DNA of 64,000 nt from Candidatus Gottesmanbacteria bacterium (GTDB lineage: Bacteria; Patescibacteriota; Microgenomatia; 2-02-FULL-39-11). Position numbers and translations under genes: made by a program. Location: NCBI GenBank assembly GCA_016186795.1, contig JACPKY010000002.1, positions 26,593 through 90,592 of the forward strand, read 5' to 3'. This document shows positions 26,751-35,945 of this stretch, piece after piece. The notes below the pieces were generated by a model. It worked only from the letters and a program-made list of their open reading frames with translations, had not been told where the DNA came from and searched no databases. Within the stretch, counting starts at the first letter, position 1, and the number at the start of each line of letters is the position of its first letter.

Positions 26751-28202
26751 GTGGCCAAAGAAAGGAAAACCACTATGTTTGAAAAAAAAGAAATTGCAAA
26801 AAAATCCGTTAATCCTGACAGATGGTATACAGATGTAATATTGAAATCCGAACTTGCTGATTATTCACCTGTCCGCGGCTGCATGATAATTCGTCCCTAT
26901 GGTTATGAAATTTGGGAGAACATCCAAAACTATCTTGATAAAAAATTCAAGGAACTAGGAGTAAAAAATGCCTACTTTCCTACATTTATCCCCATGAGTT
27001 TTTTGCAAAGAGAGAAAGAGCATGTGGAAGGATTTTCCCCGCAGTTGGCAGTAGTTACTCATGGCGGAGGGGAGAAGCTCAGTGAACCGCTTGCTGTGCG
27101 GCCAACGTCTGAAACGATCATGTACGATACCTATGCTCGTTGGATCCAAAGTTGGCGCGATCTACCTCTTCTTCTAAACCTTTGGAATAACGTTGTGAGG
27201 TGGGAGAAAAGGACATATTTATTTCTTCGCACTGCCGAATTTTTGTGGCAAGAAGGACATACCGCACACGCGACATTTGATGATGCAGATACTTTTGCTA
27301 GAAAAATTCTTGAGATCTATACGGTTTTTGATGAAGATGTATTGGCGACTCCTGTTTTGGTAGGCAAAAAGAGTGAAAACGAGAAATTCCCTGGTGCCGC
27401 CATTACCTATTCGTTGGAAGCCCTCATGCCAGATGGTAAAGCTATCCAGATGGGTACATCACACCATTTAGGGGACAATTTTGCCAAAGCATTCAAGATA
27501 AAGTATCTGGATAAGAATGGGAGAGAGCAGTTTGTGTGGCAGACAAGTTGGGCAGAAACAACTCGGGTGATTGGGGCAATTATCATGGCCCATGGTGATG
27601 ATCAGGGTCTTATTCTGCCTCCAAATATTGCCCCAATCCAGGCAGTTTTTGTGCCTATAAAACTAAATGAAAAGGTACTTAACTATTGTCAAAAAATTTC
27701 TCAAGAGTTAGTAAAATCCGGTATTCGGGTACATATTGACAGTAGAGAAGAAAAATCAGTGGGATGGAAATTTCATGAATGGGAATTGAAAGGAATACCA
27801 ATTCGAATCGAAATAGGGGAGAAAGAGATGGAAAATGATGAATTGACTTTGGTGAGAAGAGATACTGGCGAAAAAGTCAAAAGTCAAAAGTCAAAAGTCA
27901 AAAGTGATACTGAGAGATTACTAAAAGAAATTCAAGATAATCTTTTTGAGAGAATGAAAAAATTTAGAGATGAAAATACTCATACTGTATCTTCCTATGA
28001 AGAATTTAAAAAAATTATGGCGACCCAAAAAGGGTATATTTATGCTTTCTGGTGTGAAGATCCAGTTTGCGAGGCAAAAATAAAAGAAGAAACCAAAGCA
28101 ACCACCCGGATTTTGCCATTAGATGCAAAAGAAGAAAAAGGAGAATGCGTTTACTGCAAAAAACCAGCTACTCACCGCTGGTATTTTGCCCAGGCATACT
28201 AA
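26751..28202 (+). CDS. proS: prolyl-tRNA synthetase (archaeal/eukaryote-like class II form)
   Basis: WYTDVILKSELADYSPVRGCMIIRPYGYEIWE. Class II motifs. C-terminal Zn-binding CxxC...CxxC. Confidence 0.9.
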   Translation: MAKERKTTMFEKKEIAKKSVNPDRWYTDVILKSELADYSPVRGCMIIRPYGYEIWENIQNYLDKKFKELGVKNAYFPTFIPMSFLQREKEHVEGFSPQLAVVTHGGGEKLSEPLAVRPTSETIMYDTYARWIQSWRDLPLLLNLWNNVVRWEKRTYLFLRTAEFLWQEGHTAHATFDDADTFARKILEIYTVFDEDVLATPVLVGKKSENEKFPGAAITYSLEALMPDGKAIQMGTSHHLGDNFAKAFKIKYLDKNGREQFVWQTSWAETTRVIGAIIMAHGDDQGLILPPNIAPIQAVFVPIKLNEKVLNYCQKISQELVKSGIRVHIDSREEKSVGWKFHEWELKGIPIRIEIGEKEMENDELTLVRRDTGEKVKSQKSKVKSDTERLLKEIQDNLFERMKKFRDENTHTVSSYEEFKKIMATQKGYIYAFWCEDPVCEAKIKEETKATTRILPLDAKEEKGECVYCKKPATHRWYFAQAY

Positions 28203-29194
28203 CCAAATGACAAAAATATTTTGGCGAGGATAAAAGAAATAAGTCCACAGATAGGGAAAGTAAGGATCCAGGCAATAACAATATTTGAAGCGACTAACCA
28301 GCGAACCTTAGATAGACTTTGAACTGAACCAACGCCCATAATTGAAGTATTAATAGTATGCGTTGTAGACAGAGGAATACCAAATCTGGTGGCAATTTCT
28401 ATAGCTGTTGCTGCCGCAGTTTCAGCAGCAAAACCGTGCTGTGGTTCTAGTTTAGTTAATTTCATTCCCATTGTTTTTATTATTCGCCAGCCCCCGATTG
28501 AAGTGCCTATTCCCATAACTGCCGCGCATAATAATATGACCCAGGATGGAACAATAAATTCTTTGGTAATTCCAGAAAGCAAAAGAGCCAGTGAAAATGC
28601 GCCGATAAATTTTTGTCCATCATTACTACCGTGAGAAAAAGCCATGAAAGCGGCAGAAAGTAGTTGCATTCTGCCAAAAATTCTTCTCACTCGACTAATA
28701 CCGGTATTTCTAAAGATCCAAGCAATAATTACAAAAATAATATAAGCTAATGCAAATCCCAAGAAAGTAGAAAAAAATAGGCCAACTATTACTTTTTGCC
28801 AGCCATCCCAAAGAAGAACATTTGGTCCACCAGAGGCCAAACCCGCTCCGGCTAGTCCCGAAATTAATGCATGACTTTCGGAAGTAGGGAGTCCATATTT
28901 CCATGCCAGTGAGCTCCAGACAATTATTCCAATCATGGCAGCACCAACAGTATAAAGATTGATTGCTTCAGTCCTGACTATCCCTTTGCCGATAGTTGCC
29001 GCAACAGCCGTTCCGGAGAAACTACCAATGATATTTAATGTGGTTGCCAGAAGGACCGCTTTCTTGGGTGATAGTACACGTGTTGAAACAACGGTGGCAA
29101 TAGCATTAGGCGCATCTGTTGCCCCATTTACAAATTCTGCCCAAAGAATTAGAAAAAGTACAAAGATAAGAACTAGCGTATTTGCTTCCATCAA
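28199..29194 (-). CDS. pit: inorganic phosphate transporter, PiT family
   Basis: GANDVANAIG-type motifs (NGATDAPNAIAT, GSNDGQKFIG). Polytopic. Confidence 0.85.
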   Translation of the reverse strand: MMEANTLVLIFVLFLILWAEFVNGATDAPNAIATVVSTRVLSPKKAVLLATTLNIIGSFSGTAVAATIGKGIVRTEAINLYTVGAAMIGIIVWSSLAWKYGLPTSESHALISGLAGAGLASGGPNVLLWDGWQKVIVGLFFSTFLGFALAYIIFVIIAWIFRNTGISRVRRIFGRMQLLSAAFMAFSHGSNDGQKFIGAFSLALLLSGITKEFIVPSWVILLCAAVMGIGTSIGGWRIIKTMGMKLTKLEPQHGFAAETAAATAIEIATRFGIPLSTTHTINTSIMGVGSVQSLSKVRWLVASNIVIAWILTFPICGLISFILAKIFLSFG

Positions 29195-29814
29195 AAGTTT
29201 TTGACAATTATTTCTTCTACTATATCAGCTGAATCTTCACATTCGTCTAGAATACTTTCCATATTTTCGATTAAATCTTTCCATTTAATAACCAAAATGG
29301 GATTTTTGCCGTTGTCAAAAAGATATTTGAATGCTTGTCTAATGAGCCTATCTCCTTCATTTTCCAAAGAGTGGATTTCAATAATGATTTTTCTCATTTC
29401 TTTTATATTTTTATTTTGCCCTTTCAAAAGAGTTACCAACTGTAAAACTTTACTTGTGGCTTTATTTATTACCTTTACAAAAGGTTTAAATTGGGGAATT
29501 TCTCGTTTGATATTAAAAAGCTCAATATTAGAGGTTAAATTTTCAATCAGATCGATTATATTATCAAGATTTCGTGAAAATATGTGAATATCTTCTCTGT
29601 CTATTGGAGTTATAAAGGTACTGTCGGCTTCATAGAAAAGTTTATGGCAAATAGTATCGGCTTCTTCCTCAAGTTCCCAAGTTTTCTTAGCAAGAGAATT
29701 GATATTTTTCGATCCTACTTTTACTCTTAGCAAGATATTACCACTAAGGTTGACTATTTTAGATAGCTCTATAAAAAGGTCAAAAAACCTAGGATTTTTG
29801 GGGAAAAAATCCAT
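29191..29814 (-). CDS. DUF47 (PhoU-like) Pit accessory protein
   Basis: Conserved pairing with PiT. Helical PhoU-like sequence. Overlaps the pit start by 4 nt. Confidence 0.7.
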   Translation of the reverse strand: MDFFPKNPRFFDLFIELSKIVNLSGNILLRVKVGSKNINSLAKKTWELEEEADTICHKLFYEADSTFITPIDREDIHIFSRNLDNIIDLIENLTSNIELFNIKREIPQFKPFVKVINKATSKVLQLVTLLKGQNKNIKEMRKIIIEIHSLENEGDRLIRQAFKYLFDNGKNPILVIKWKDLIENMESILDECEDSADIVEEIIVKNF

Positions 29815-29861
29815 AAGATAGTTTGCATTATATTACATATGTCTTTAAAATAAAGCCACTA

Positions 29862-30737
29862 ATGAAGACCATTGTCACCCATTTTGCTCCAGATGTTGAT
29901 GCTATTTCCTCAGTGTGGTTACTCAAGCGGTTTACGACAAGATGGCAGGAGGCTGACGTTGCATTTGTTCCGGCAGGGAAAACTCTCAAAGGCGATATTG
30001 TGGATAGTGATCCAAGTGTCATGCATGTCGATACCGGGATGGGAATGTTAGATCACCATCAGACAGATGAAGACACATGTGCTGCCAAAAGGACGTTGGA
30101 ATATGTTAGAGAGTTGGGAGAAGGGAAAGTTCGTATCCATCAGAAACATGCCGATGATGCGCTCGATCGAATGATTGATGTTGTGAATGATATTGATCAC
30201 TTCCGGGAGGTGTATTTCCCCAATCCCGCAGCTGATTACTACGATTTTGGACTCGTTGCGATCTTAGACGGGTGGAAGCTTTTGTACCCTGAAGATGATG
30301 GAAAAATTGCAACACTTGGAATGTTAGTCCTGGATGGAATTTATAAGAAATTCCAAGATAAAGTGTGGGCCGAACACGAACTATCGCAAAACGGTATTGC
30401 ATTTGAATCAAAGTGGGGGAAAGGTATTGCAATTGAAACAATCAATGATGAAGTCGTAAAAATGGCACAAAGGCAAGGATTTGTTCTTGCTGTTCGGAAA
30501 GACCCCAAAAAGGGGTATGTTCGCATCAAAGCAATTCCTTCCTCAGATGCAGATCTCACAATTTATTATAAAAAGCTGAAAAAGAAAGACCCCAAAGCTA
30601 CATGGTATCTGCATGCCAGCCGCAAGATGTTACTCAATGGTTCTGTGAAAAATCCAGAGAGTCAACCTTCTTCACTTCAACTTTCCGAACTTCTCAAAAT
30701 TCTTACGGCGAAGAAGAAGAAAAAAATGGTACAATAA
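29862..30737 (+). CDS. DHH-family phosphoesterase (nanoRNase/pAp-phosphatase-like)
   Basis: Motif I THFAPDVDAISS (DHH family HxxPDxDAxgS). Later GMLDHHQTDED fits a DHH-like motif. Confidence 0.5.
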   Translation: MKTIVTHFAPDVDAISSVWLLKRFTTRWQEADVAFVPAGKTLKGDIVDSDPSVMHVDTGMGMLDHHQTDEDTCAAKRTLEYVRELGEGKVRIHQKHADDALDRMIDVVNDIDHFREVYFPNPAADYYDFGLVAILDGWKLLYPEDDGKIATLGMLVLDGIYKKFQDKVWAEHELSQNGIAFESKWGKGIAIETINDEVVKMAQRQGFVLAVRKDPKKGYVRIKAIPSSDADLTIYYKKLKKKDPKATWYLHASRKMLLNGSVKNPESQPSSLQLSELLKILTAKKKKKMVQ

Positions 30738-30750
30738 AGATACTATTTCC

Positions 30751-31098
30751 ATGGACGAGTGCATTTTTTGTAAAATTGTCCTGGGCCAATTACCAGCGAA
30801 ATTTGTCTACCAGGATGATGATATCATTGCGATAAAAGATATTCATCCCAAAGCTCCTATACATCTTCTGGTTATGCCAAGGAAGCATCGTGAGTCTCTC
30901 AAAGACATAAAAAGGGAAGATCAGGAAGTCTTGGGGAAACTTCTCCTTGTGGTACAAAAGGTTGCGGCAGATGCAAAAATTGCCGAGGATGGTTATAAAG
31001 TTTTCATAAATAGCGGACACGATGCTGGACAAATCGTTTTCCATCTCCATCTCCATGTACTAGGTGGATGGAAAAAAGCACCAAGGTGGGATGTCTAA
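30751..31098 (+). CDS. HIT family (histidine triad) protein
   Basis: CIFCKI. HLHLHVLGG histidine triad. Confidence 0.85.
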   Translation: MDECIFCKIVLGQLPAKFVYQDDDIIAIKDIHPKAPIHLLVMPRKHRESLKDIKREDQEVLGKLLLVVQKVAADAKIAEDGYKVFINSGHDAGQIVFHLHLHVLGGWKKAPRWDV

Positions 31099-31160
31099 AA
31101 ATTTACAATCATTGTAAATTGATAATCGAAAATTAATAAAGAGGGGGTGTTTTATTTTTC

Positions 31161-31361
31161 ATGATATTTGTAAAGGCGGCTCCTGGAGATACATCTGATT
31201 CAGTTATCAGAAAGTTTACCAAGAAAGTCATTAACGAAGGACTTCTTCTTGAACTGAAACGGAAAGAATTCTATCAAAAGCCGTCAGAGGTGAAAAAAGA
31301 GGCAAAAAAAGAAATTGAACGGCGTAAGAGAGCTCGAAGACGGGCTCGCGCTCGCATGTGA
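31161..31361 (+). CDS. rpsU: 30S ribosomal protein S21
   Basis: 66 aa. Basic KRKRARRRARARM tail. S21-like N-terminus. Confidence 0.85.
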   Translation: MIFVKAAPGDTSDSVIRKFTKKVINEGLLLELKRKEFYQKPSEVKKEAKKEIERRKRARRRARARM

Positions 31362-31753
31362 TGGTAGAAGTTTTCATTAAGACCGAATCTCATTATTCTG
31401 TTAACCGCAAACGAATTCGAGATACAATCGAACGCTATCTTTTTGGGAAGGGTGTGAAAGGGAAAGCCGAGGTAAGTGTTGCAATTGTCGGAGATCGGCT
31501 TATGAAGAAATTAAATAGTAAATATCGAAGCAATGATAAGACAACTGTTGTTCTTGCTTTTCCACTCGCGGATGAGGGTTTGCGAAAACCATTCGTTGAT
31601 GTTCCAGATGGTGTGCTGAGGTTAGGTGACATCATCATCTCGTATCCTCAAGTGATTGAGCTTGCAAGTTCGGAAAACTGTCTAGTTGATGAGAAAATTG
31701 ATGAGCTTCTTATTCATGGATTGAACCACCTGTTGGGAACAGGTGAGGTTTGA
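31358..31753 (+). CDS. ybeY: YbeY-like rRNA maturation endoribonuclease (third His of metal motif degenerate)
   Basis: TTVVLAFP, LGDIIISYPQV and HGLNHLLG correspond to YbeY blocks. The terminal H of HGxLHLxGYDH is missing. Confidence 0.65.
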   Translation: MMVEVFIKTESHYSVNRKRIRDTIERYLFGKGVKGKAEVSVAIVGDRLMKKLNSKYRSNDKTTVVLAFPLADEGLRKPFVDVPDGVLRLGDIIISYPQVIELASSENCLVDEKIDELLIHGLNHLLGTGEV

Positions 31754-31783
31754 AGTATCAATATTGTAAATTGGAATTTAACC

Positions 31784-32818
31784 ATGACACTTTTTCTTAA
31801 ATACCGTCCTCAGAAGATCGATGATCTCGATTCAGAAGATATCCGAAATAGGCTCAAGACTATTTTTTCCTCATCATACATTCCACATGCCTTCTTGTTT
31901 GCCGGACCCAAGGGGACAGGGAAAACTTCAACTGCTAGGATTATTGCCAAGATCCTTAACTGTGAGAAAAAAGATCCAAATCCATGTACGAAGTGTCTAG
32001 CATGTAAGGCGATTGCGGAAGGGAGATTTCTTGACGTTGTGGAGATTGATGCGGCGTCAAATCGGGGAATAGATGAAATACGCGACCTTCGAGAGAAAAT
32101 TAAATTCTTACCGGTTTTGGGAAAAGTAAAAGTCTATATTATCGATGAAGTGCATATGTTGACAACCGAAGCGTTCAATGCCCTTCTGAAAACTCTTGAG
32201 GAGCCACCTTCACACGCAACATTTATTTTGGCAACGACAGAACCAGATAAATTACCAGAAACGATACGGTCTCGCTGTTCGATATTCACTTTCAGAAAAG
32301 CAACACCTGAGGAACTTGTTCATTCACTGAATCGTGTAGTAAAAGGCGAAGATGTTACTGTTTCCAAAGAAGTGGTAGAGCTCATTGCTCGTTCTTCAGA
32401 CGGTTCATTTCGCGATGGGACAAAGCTTCTTGAGCAGGCAATTTCAGAAGACGCGTTAACGATCGAAGGGGTCACAAAACTCATTGGACGTGATATTAAA
32501 TCTGCCAGACACCTTTTGGAACTTATTCTTGCAAAAAATACAACTGAAGGGTTGAAAGAGATGAGCCGTCTTGTCGAGAAGGGTACGTCAATGAGGTATC
32601 TTATTGAGGATATTTTGGAATCATTGCATACTATCCTACTCATTCAGCATGGCGTACTTGAGCGAAGTGACCTTGCCAAATTATCTCAAACGGTAAGTAC
32701 TCCAGATGTTCTATCTCTCATTCGGTTGTTTGGTCGTGCATTCGTCGACCAGAAAACAACATCGTTTCCATACTTACCTGTTGAGGTGGCAATTGTTGAG
32801 TGGTGCGAAGAGAAATGA
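31784..32818 (+). CDS. dnaX: DNA polymerase III subunit gamma/tau (short)
   Basis: Walker A GPKGTGKTS. Zn module CEKKDPNPCTKCLAC. Walker B IIDEVHML. SRC sensor. Confidence 0.9.
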   Translation: MTLFLKYRPQKIDDLDSEDIRNRLKTIFSSSYIPHAFLFAGPKGTGKTSTARIIAKILNCEKKDPNPCTKCLACKAIAEGRFLDVVEIDAASNRGIDEIRDLREKIKFLPVLGKVKVYIIDEVHMLTTEAFNALLKTLEEPPSHATFILATTEPDKLPETIRSRCSIFTFRKATPEELVHSLNRVVKGEDVTVSKEVVELIARSSDGSFRDGTKLLEQAISEDALTIEGVTKLIGRDIKSARHLLELILAKNTTEGLKEMSRLVEKGTSMRYLIEDILESLHTILLIQHGVLERSDLAKLSQTVSTPDVLSLIRLFGRAFVDQKTTSFPYLPVEVAIVEWCEEK

Positions 32819-32888
32819 GTTGTAGAGAGCGAATAAAAACGATAAAATAACATGATCATTATTCAGTTTTAGAAACGGAGGATAGAGT

Positions 32889-33173
32889 ATGTTTAATCCA
32901 TTTAAGGCAGTGGGTGATCTCAAAAGCATGCGAGATCAAGCAATGAAAATGCAGCAGGTATTATCCCAAGAGGAGGTTGTGGTGGAAGAGCATGGGGTGC
33001 GGGTAGTGATGAGTGGAGATCAGAAAATAAAAGAACTGACAATTGACGGTAAAGAAGATTGGCGGGTGAAGGAAGCAGTCGCAACAGCAATTAAAAAATC
33101 TCAAGAAATTGCCGCGAAAAAACTCACTGAAATGAGTGGTGGAATACAAGGGCTTCTAGGAGGAGGAAAATAA
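32889..33173 (+). CDS. ybaB: YbaB/EbfC nucleoid-associated protein
   Basis: 94 aa. MQQVLSQEEV...ELTIDG pattern. Lies downstream of dnaX, the conserved context. Confidence 0.85.
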   Translation: MFNPFKAVGDLKSMRDQAMKMQQVLSQEEVVVEEHGVRVVMSGDQKIKELTIDGKEDWRVKEAVATAIKKSQEIAAKKLTEMSGGIQGLLGGGK

Positions 33174-33194
33174 ATTATCAAAATTAAACAATTT

Positions 33195-33300
33195 CCAAAT
33201 CCCAACCCCAATCAACACCAATGTCCAAATCCCAAAATACAAAACGTTTTGATTATTGGTAATTGGTAGTATTGGATATTGAAATTGGTCATTGGATATT
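33195..33300. repeat. low-complexity imperfect palindrome (ccaaatccca-type repeats mirrored by ttggatattgg-type repeats around aaaacgtttt)
   Basis: Read directly. Not CRISPR-like, as there are no regular spacers. Confidence 0.6.
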
Positions 33301-33320
33301 GGTTATTATTGATTAATCAC

Positions 33321-34259
33321 ATGATTCTCGTCACCGGATCCCTCGCCTTTGACCATATCATGAATTTTCCAGGCAGGTTTGGCGATCATATCCTCCCTGA
33401 GAAGCTTCATATACTCAACGTCTCTTTTCTTGTTCCTGAAATGCGCAAAAGTTTTGGGGGAACTTCCGGAAATATTTCCTACACGTTGGCGCTTTTTGGA
33501 GTAGACGTAGCAATATTGGGAGTTGTGGGGTCAGATTTTGCGCCGTACAAAAAATTTCTTGAGGAAAACGGCGTAAAAACAACATATATTTTTGAATCGC
33601 ACGGACATTTTACCTCAACAGCTTTTGGCATTACAGATAGAGAAAACAACAATATCTGGGGATTTTATACCGGAGCAGATGACGTCTCTGACTCACTTTC
33701 CCTGGGTCAAGTGAAGGAATCAATCGAATTCGGTATTGTTGCTCCTCAAAAGCCAGAAACGATGCTTTCTATGATTCGACAGTATAAACGGAAGGCTATT
33801 CCTTATATATTTGATCCAGGGATGCAACTGCCGTGGTTTACGAAAGATCACTTGATTGAAGCATTCGAACACGCAAGTGTTGTAATTGGCAATGACTATG
33901 AAATGAGTGTGATCGAGAAAAAAATAGGGATTGAGATGCTTTCGGATTTTTGTAAAAAAGGAAAAATTATTATCACAACGTTGGGTGGGAAAGGATCACG
34001 GATAGAGAAAAAAGGTAAGGTGTTCGATATTCCTCCCGTCCGTGTTGAATCCAGAGATCCAGCGGGTGCCGGAGATGCGTACCGAGCAGGATTTATTGCC
34101 GGTTTTCTCAAAGGAATGTCTTTAGATGTATGCGGTCGGATGGGATCGGTTGCTGCAGCATATACTGTGGAGAAATTTGGGACAACGACGCATATGTTTA
34201 CCAAGAAGGAATTTGAAAGAAGATATAAGGAAGCGTATAAAGAAAATTTATCTATTTAG
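33321..34259 (+). CDS. PfkB-family carbohydrate/nucleoside kinase (ribokinase/adenosine kinase-like)
   Basis: N-terminal ILVTGSLAFDHI. PfkB signature 2 DPAGAGDAYRAGFIAG. Confidence 0.8.
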   Translation: MILVTGSLAFDHIMNFPGRFGDHILPEKLHILNVSFLVPEMRKSFGGTSGNISYTLALFGVDVAILGVVGSDFAPYKKFLEENGVKTTYIFESHGHFTSTAFGITDRENNNIWGFYTGADDVSDSLSLGQVKESIEFGIVAPQKPETMLSMIRQYKRKAIPYIFDPGMQLPWFTKDHLIEAFEHASVVIGNDYEMSVIEKKIGIEMLSDFCKKGKIIITTLGGKGSRIEKKGKVFDIPPVRVESRDPAGAGDAYRAGFIAGFLKGMSLDVCGRMGSVAAAYTVEKFGTTTHMFTKKEFERRYKEAYKENLSI

Positions 34260-34288
34260 CCTCTTAAATTCCAAATGACAAAACATCG

Positions 34289-35014
34289 TTGGATTTTGAG
34301 CTTTGGATTGTCATGTATAACAAACCCTTACTCTTATTCGACATCGACTGGACTCTTCTTAAGGGTGGTCTTGCCGAGCATGTCGATGGATTTACCTATG
34401 CATGGAATAAAGTTTTAGGGATCACTGCTCATTTGTCTGATTGGAAAGATTACCACGGACAGCCGGATGGAGTGATTCTTTCGAAAATTCCCGTTCTCTG
34501 CCATGGGGTAGACCAAGAAACTGTAAAGCTGAAACAAGAAGCGTTGAAACAGGCGAAAATAGATTATTTTTTTGAACACGCACAAAAAGATTATAAACAT
34601 CTTCTCATGCCGGGAGTCATTGATTTATTGCACGAGCTTGAAAAACGGACAATTCCCATGGTAATCGCATCAGGAAATCTTGAAAAAATTGGCTGGTATA
34701 GGTTGGAAAAGGCGGGAATCAAAAAATTTTTTCTGGGAGGAGGATGGGGAGATAGCGTTTCTTCAAAATCTGAGGCATTTTTGCTTGCTATCGCAGCCTC
34801 CGAAAAGATTCTTTTGCAAAAAATTCCCAAAGAACACATTTTTGATATTGGTGATTCACACTACGATATTGAAGCAGCAAGAGCAATCGGGATTCACTCT
34901 ATCGGTGTTTTGACGGGATTTGATTCGGAAGATGTATTGCGAAAAAGTGGCGCAGAATACGTATTAAAAAATCTTACTGATACAAAGAAATTTTTCGAAA
35001 TGATCAAAATATAA
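34289..35014 (+). CDS. HAD-superfamily hydrolase
   Basis: Motif I LLFDIDWTL. Motif IV GDSHYDIEAARAIG. Confidence 0.75.
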   Translation: MDFELWIVMYNKPLLLFDIDWTLLKGGLAEHVDGFTYAWNKVLGITAHLSDWKDYHGQPDGVILSKIPVLCHGVDQETVKLKQEALKQAKIDYFFEHAQKDYKHLLMPGVIDLLHELEKRTIPMVIASGNLEKIGWYRLEKAGIKKFFLGGGWGDSVSSKSEAFLLAIAASEKILLQKIPKEHIFDIGDSHYDIEAARAIGIHSIGVLTGFDSEDVLRKSGAEYVLKNLTDTKKFFEMIKI

Positions 35015-35051
35015 CAGGGAACATTGCTTTTGCAATTTTGAGGGTGGTATA

Positions 35052-35939
35052 ATGAGTCTTTCTATGAGTAATCACAAGCTAAAAAGTTGGGTATACCGTT
35101 CACCTGATAGAATTTCTCCGCACACGCTGCATATTGAGGTAATCGCAGATTACGGAGGGGGCCATAGTACTGATCACGCCTTTGCAGAAGTGCGAAATCA
35201 TTTCTTGCGTTTTGATAAGGGCAAAAAAATCCGCTTAGTTACCGAGCATCCGGTATTTGCTTTTTCCACTCTTGAGACAGGATTTTGGATTTCACAGGAA
35301 GGCCTTCACAGCGAGCATAAGGATCTGGTCATTTTTTCCAATACCGCTCCTCGCGGAGATGTTGTGTGGCGCGGACATGAAACACAAGGGTTTGTCTGTG
35401 GGATTTTGGATAACGGAATTCCTATCTTTGCTGTGAATGCTGGGTATAACCTTTCATTTGTAAAGGACCGCCTGAAGGGTTTATGGGAAGTGAAAGTTCC
35501 AAATGTCGGAACTCAGTTTCGATCTCGCGATTACTATCCCGAAGTGACGATGGCAATCCTTCAGGGTAATTCTACAAAAGTCGGCAAAGAGGTTAATCTT
35601 AGAGAAATTCCCGCCGTCCCTAACTTCGTTGTCGCCTCTGTTGACGGCTATGGAAATCTGAAAACAACAATTCGTCGAAGCTATCTTTCTGACAGGGTAC
35701 TTTCTAGTAAGAAAGTAAAAGTGACAATTAATAATGCTTCCCATATCGTATTAAATACGTTGGCAGGGGGACATGGGAAAGTTGGAGAGTTGTGTATGGT
35801 GCAGGGGTCATCAGGTGGGAAAAATAGAACATATATAGAATTTATCAGAATGCAAGGACGAGCTGCCGATGATTTTCACATTGATGGTCCACGGGATGAT
35901 ATGGGGAAAATTGTGATAGAAACAATAAGGGAAGGATAA
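35052..35939 (+). CDS. DUF62 family SAM hydroxide adenosyltransferase (SAM hydrolase, fluorinase/chlorinase-like fold)
   Basis: N-terminal IEVIADYGG corresponds to the DUF62 TDFG block. C-terminal VDGYGNLKTTI corresponds to the IDxFGNLITNI block. About 295 aa. Confidence 0.6.
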   Translation: MSLSMSNHKLKSWVYRSPDRISPHTLHIEVIADYGGGHSTDHAFAEVRNHFLRFDKGKKIRLVTEHPVFAFSTLETGFWISQEGLHSEHKDLVIFSNTAPRGDVVWRGHETQGFVCGILDNGIPIFAVNAGYNLSFVKDRLKGLWEVKVPNVGTQFRSRDYYPEVTMAILQGNSTKVGKEVNLREIPAVPNFVVASVDGYGNLKTTIRRSYLSDRVLSSKKVKVTINNASHIVLNTLAGGHGKVGELCMVQGSSGGKNRTYIEFIRMQGRAADDFHIDGPRDDMGKIVIETIREG

Positions 35940-35945
35940 CCGGAT

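Noticed and set aside
33195-33300. Possible CRISPR array
   Set aside because: The repeats are irregular, short (about 10 bp) and lack unique spacers of constant length. No cas genes.
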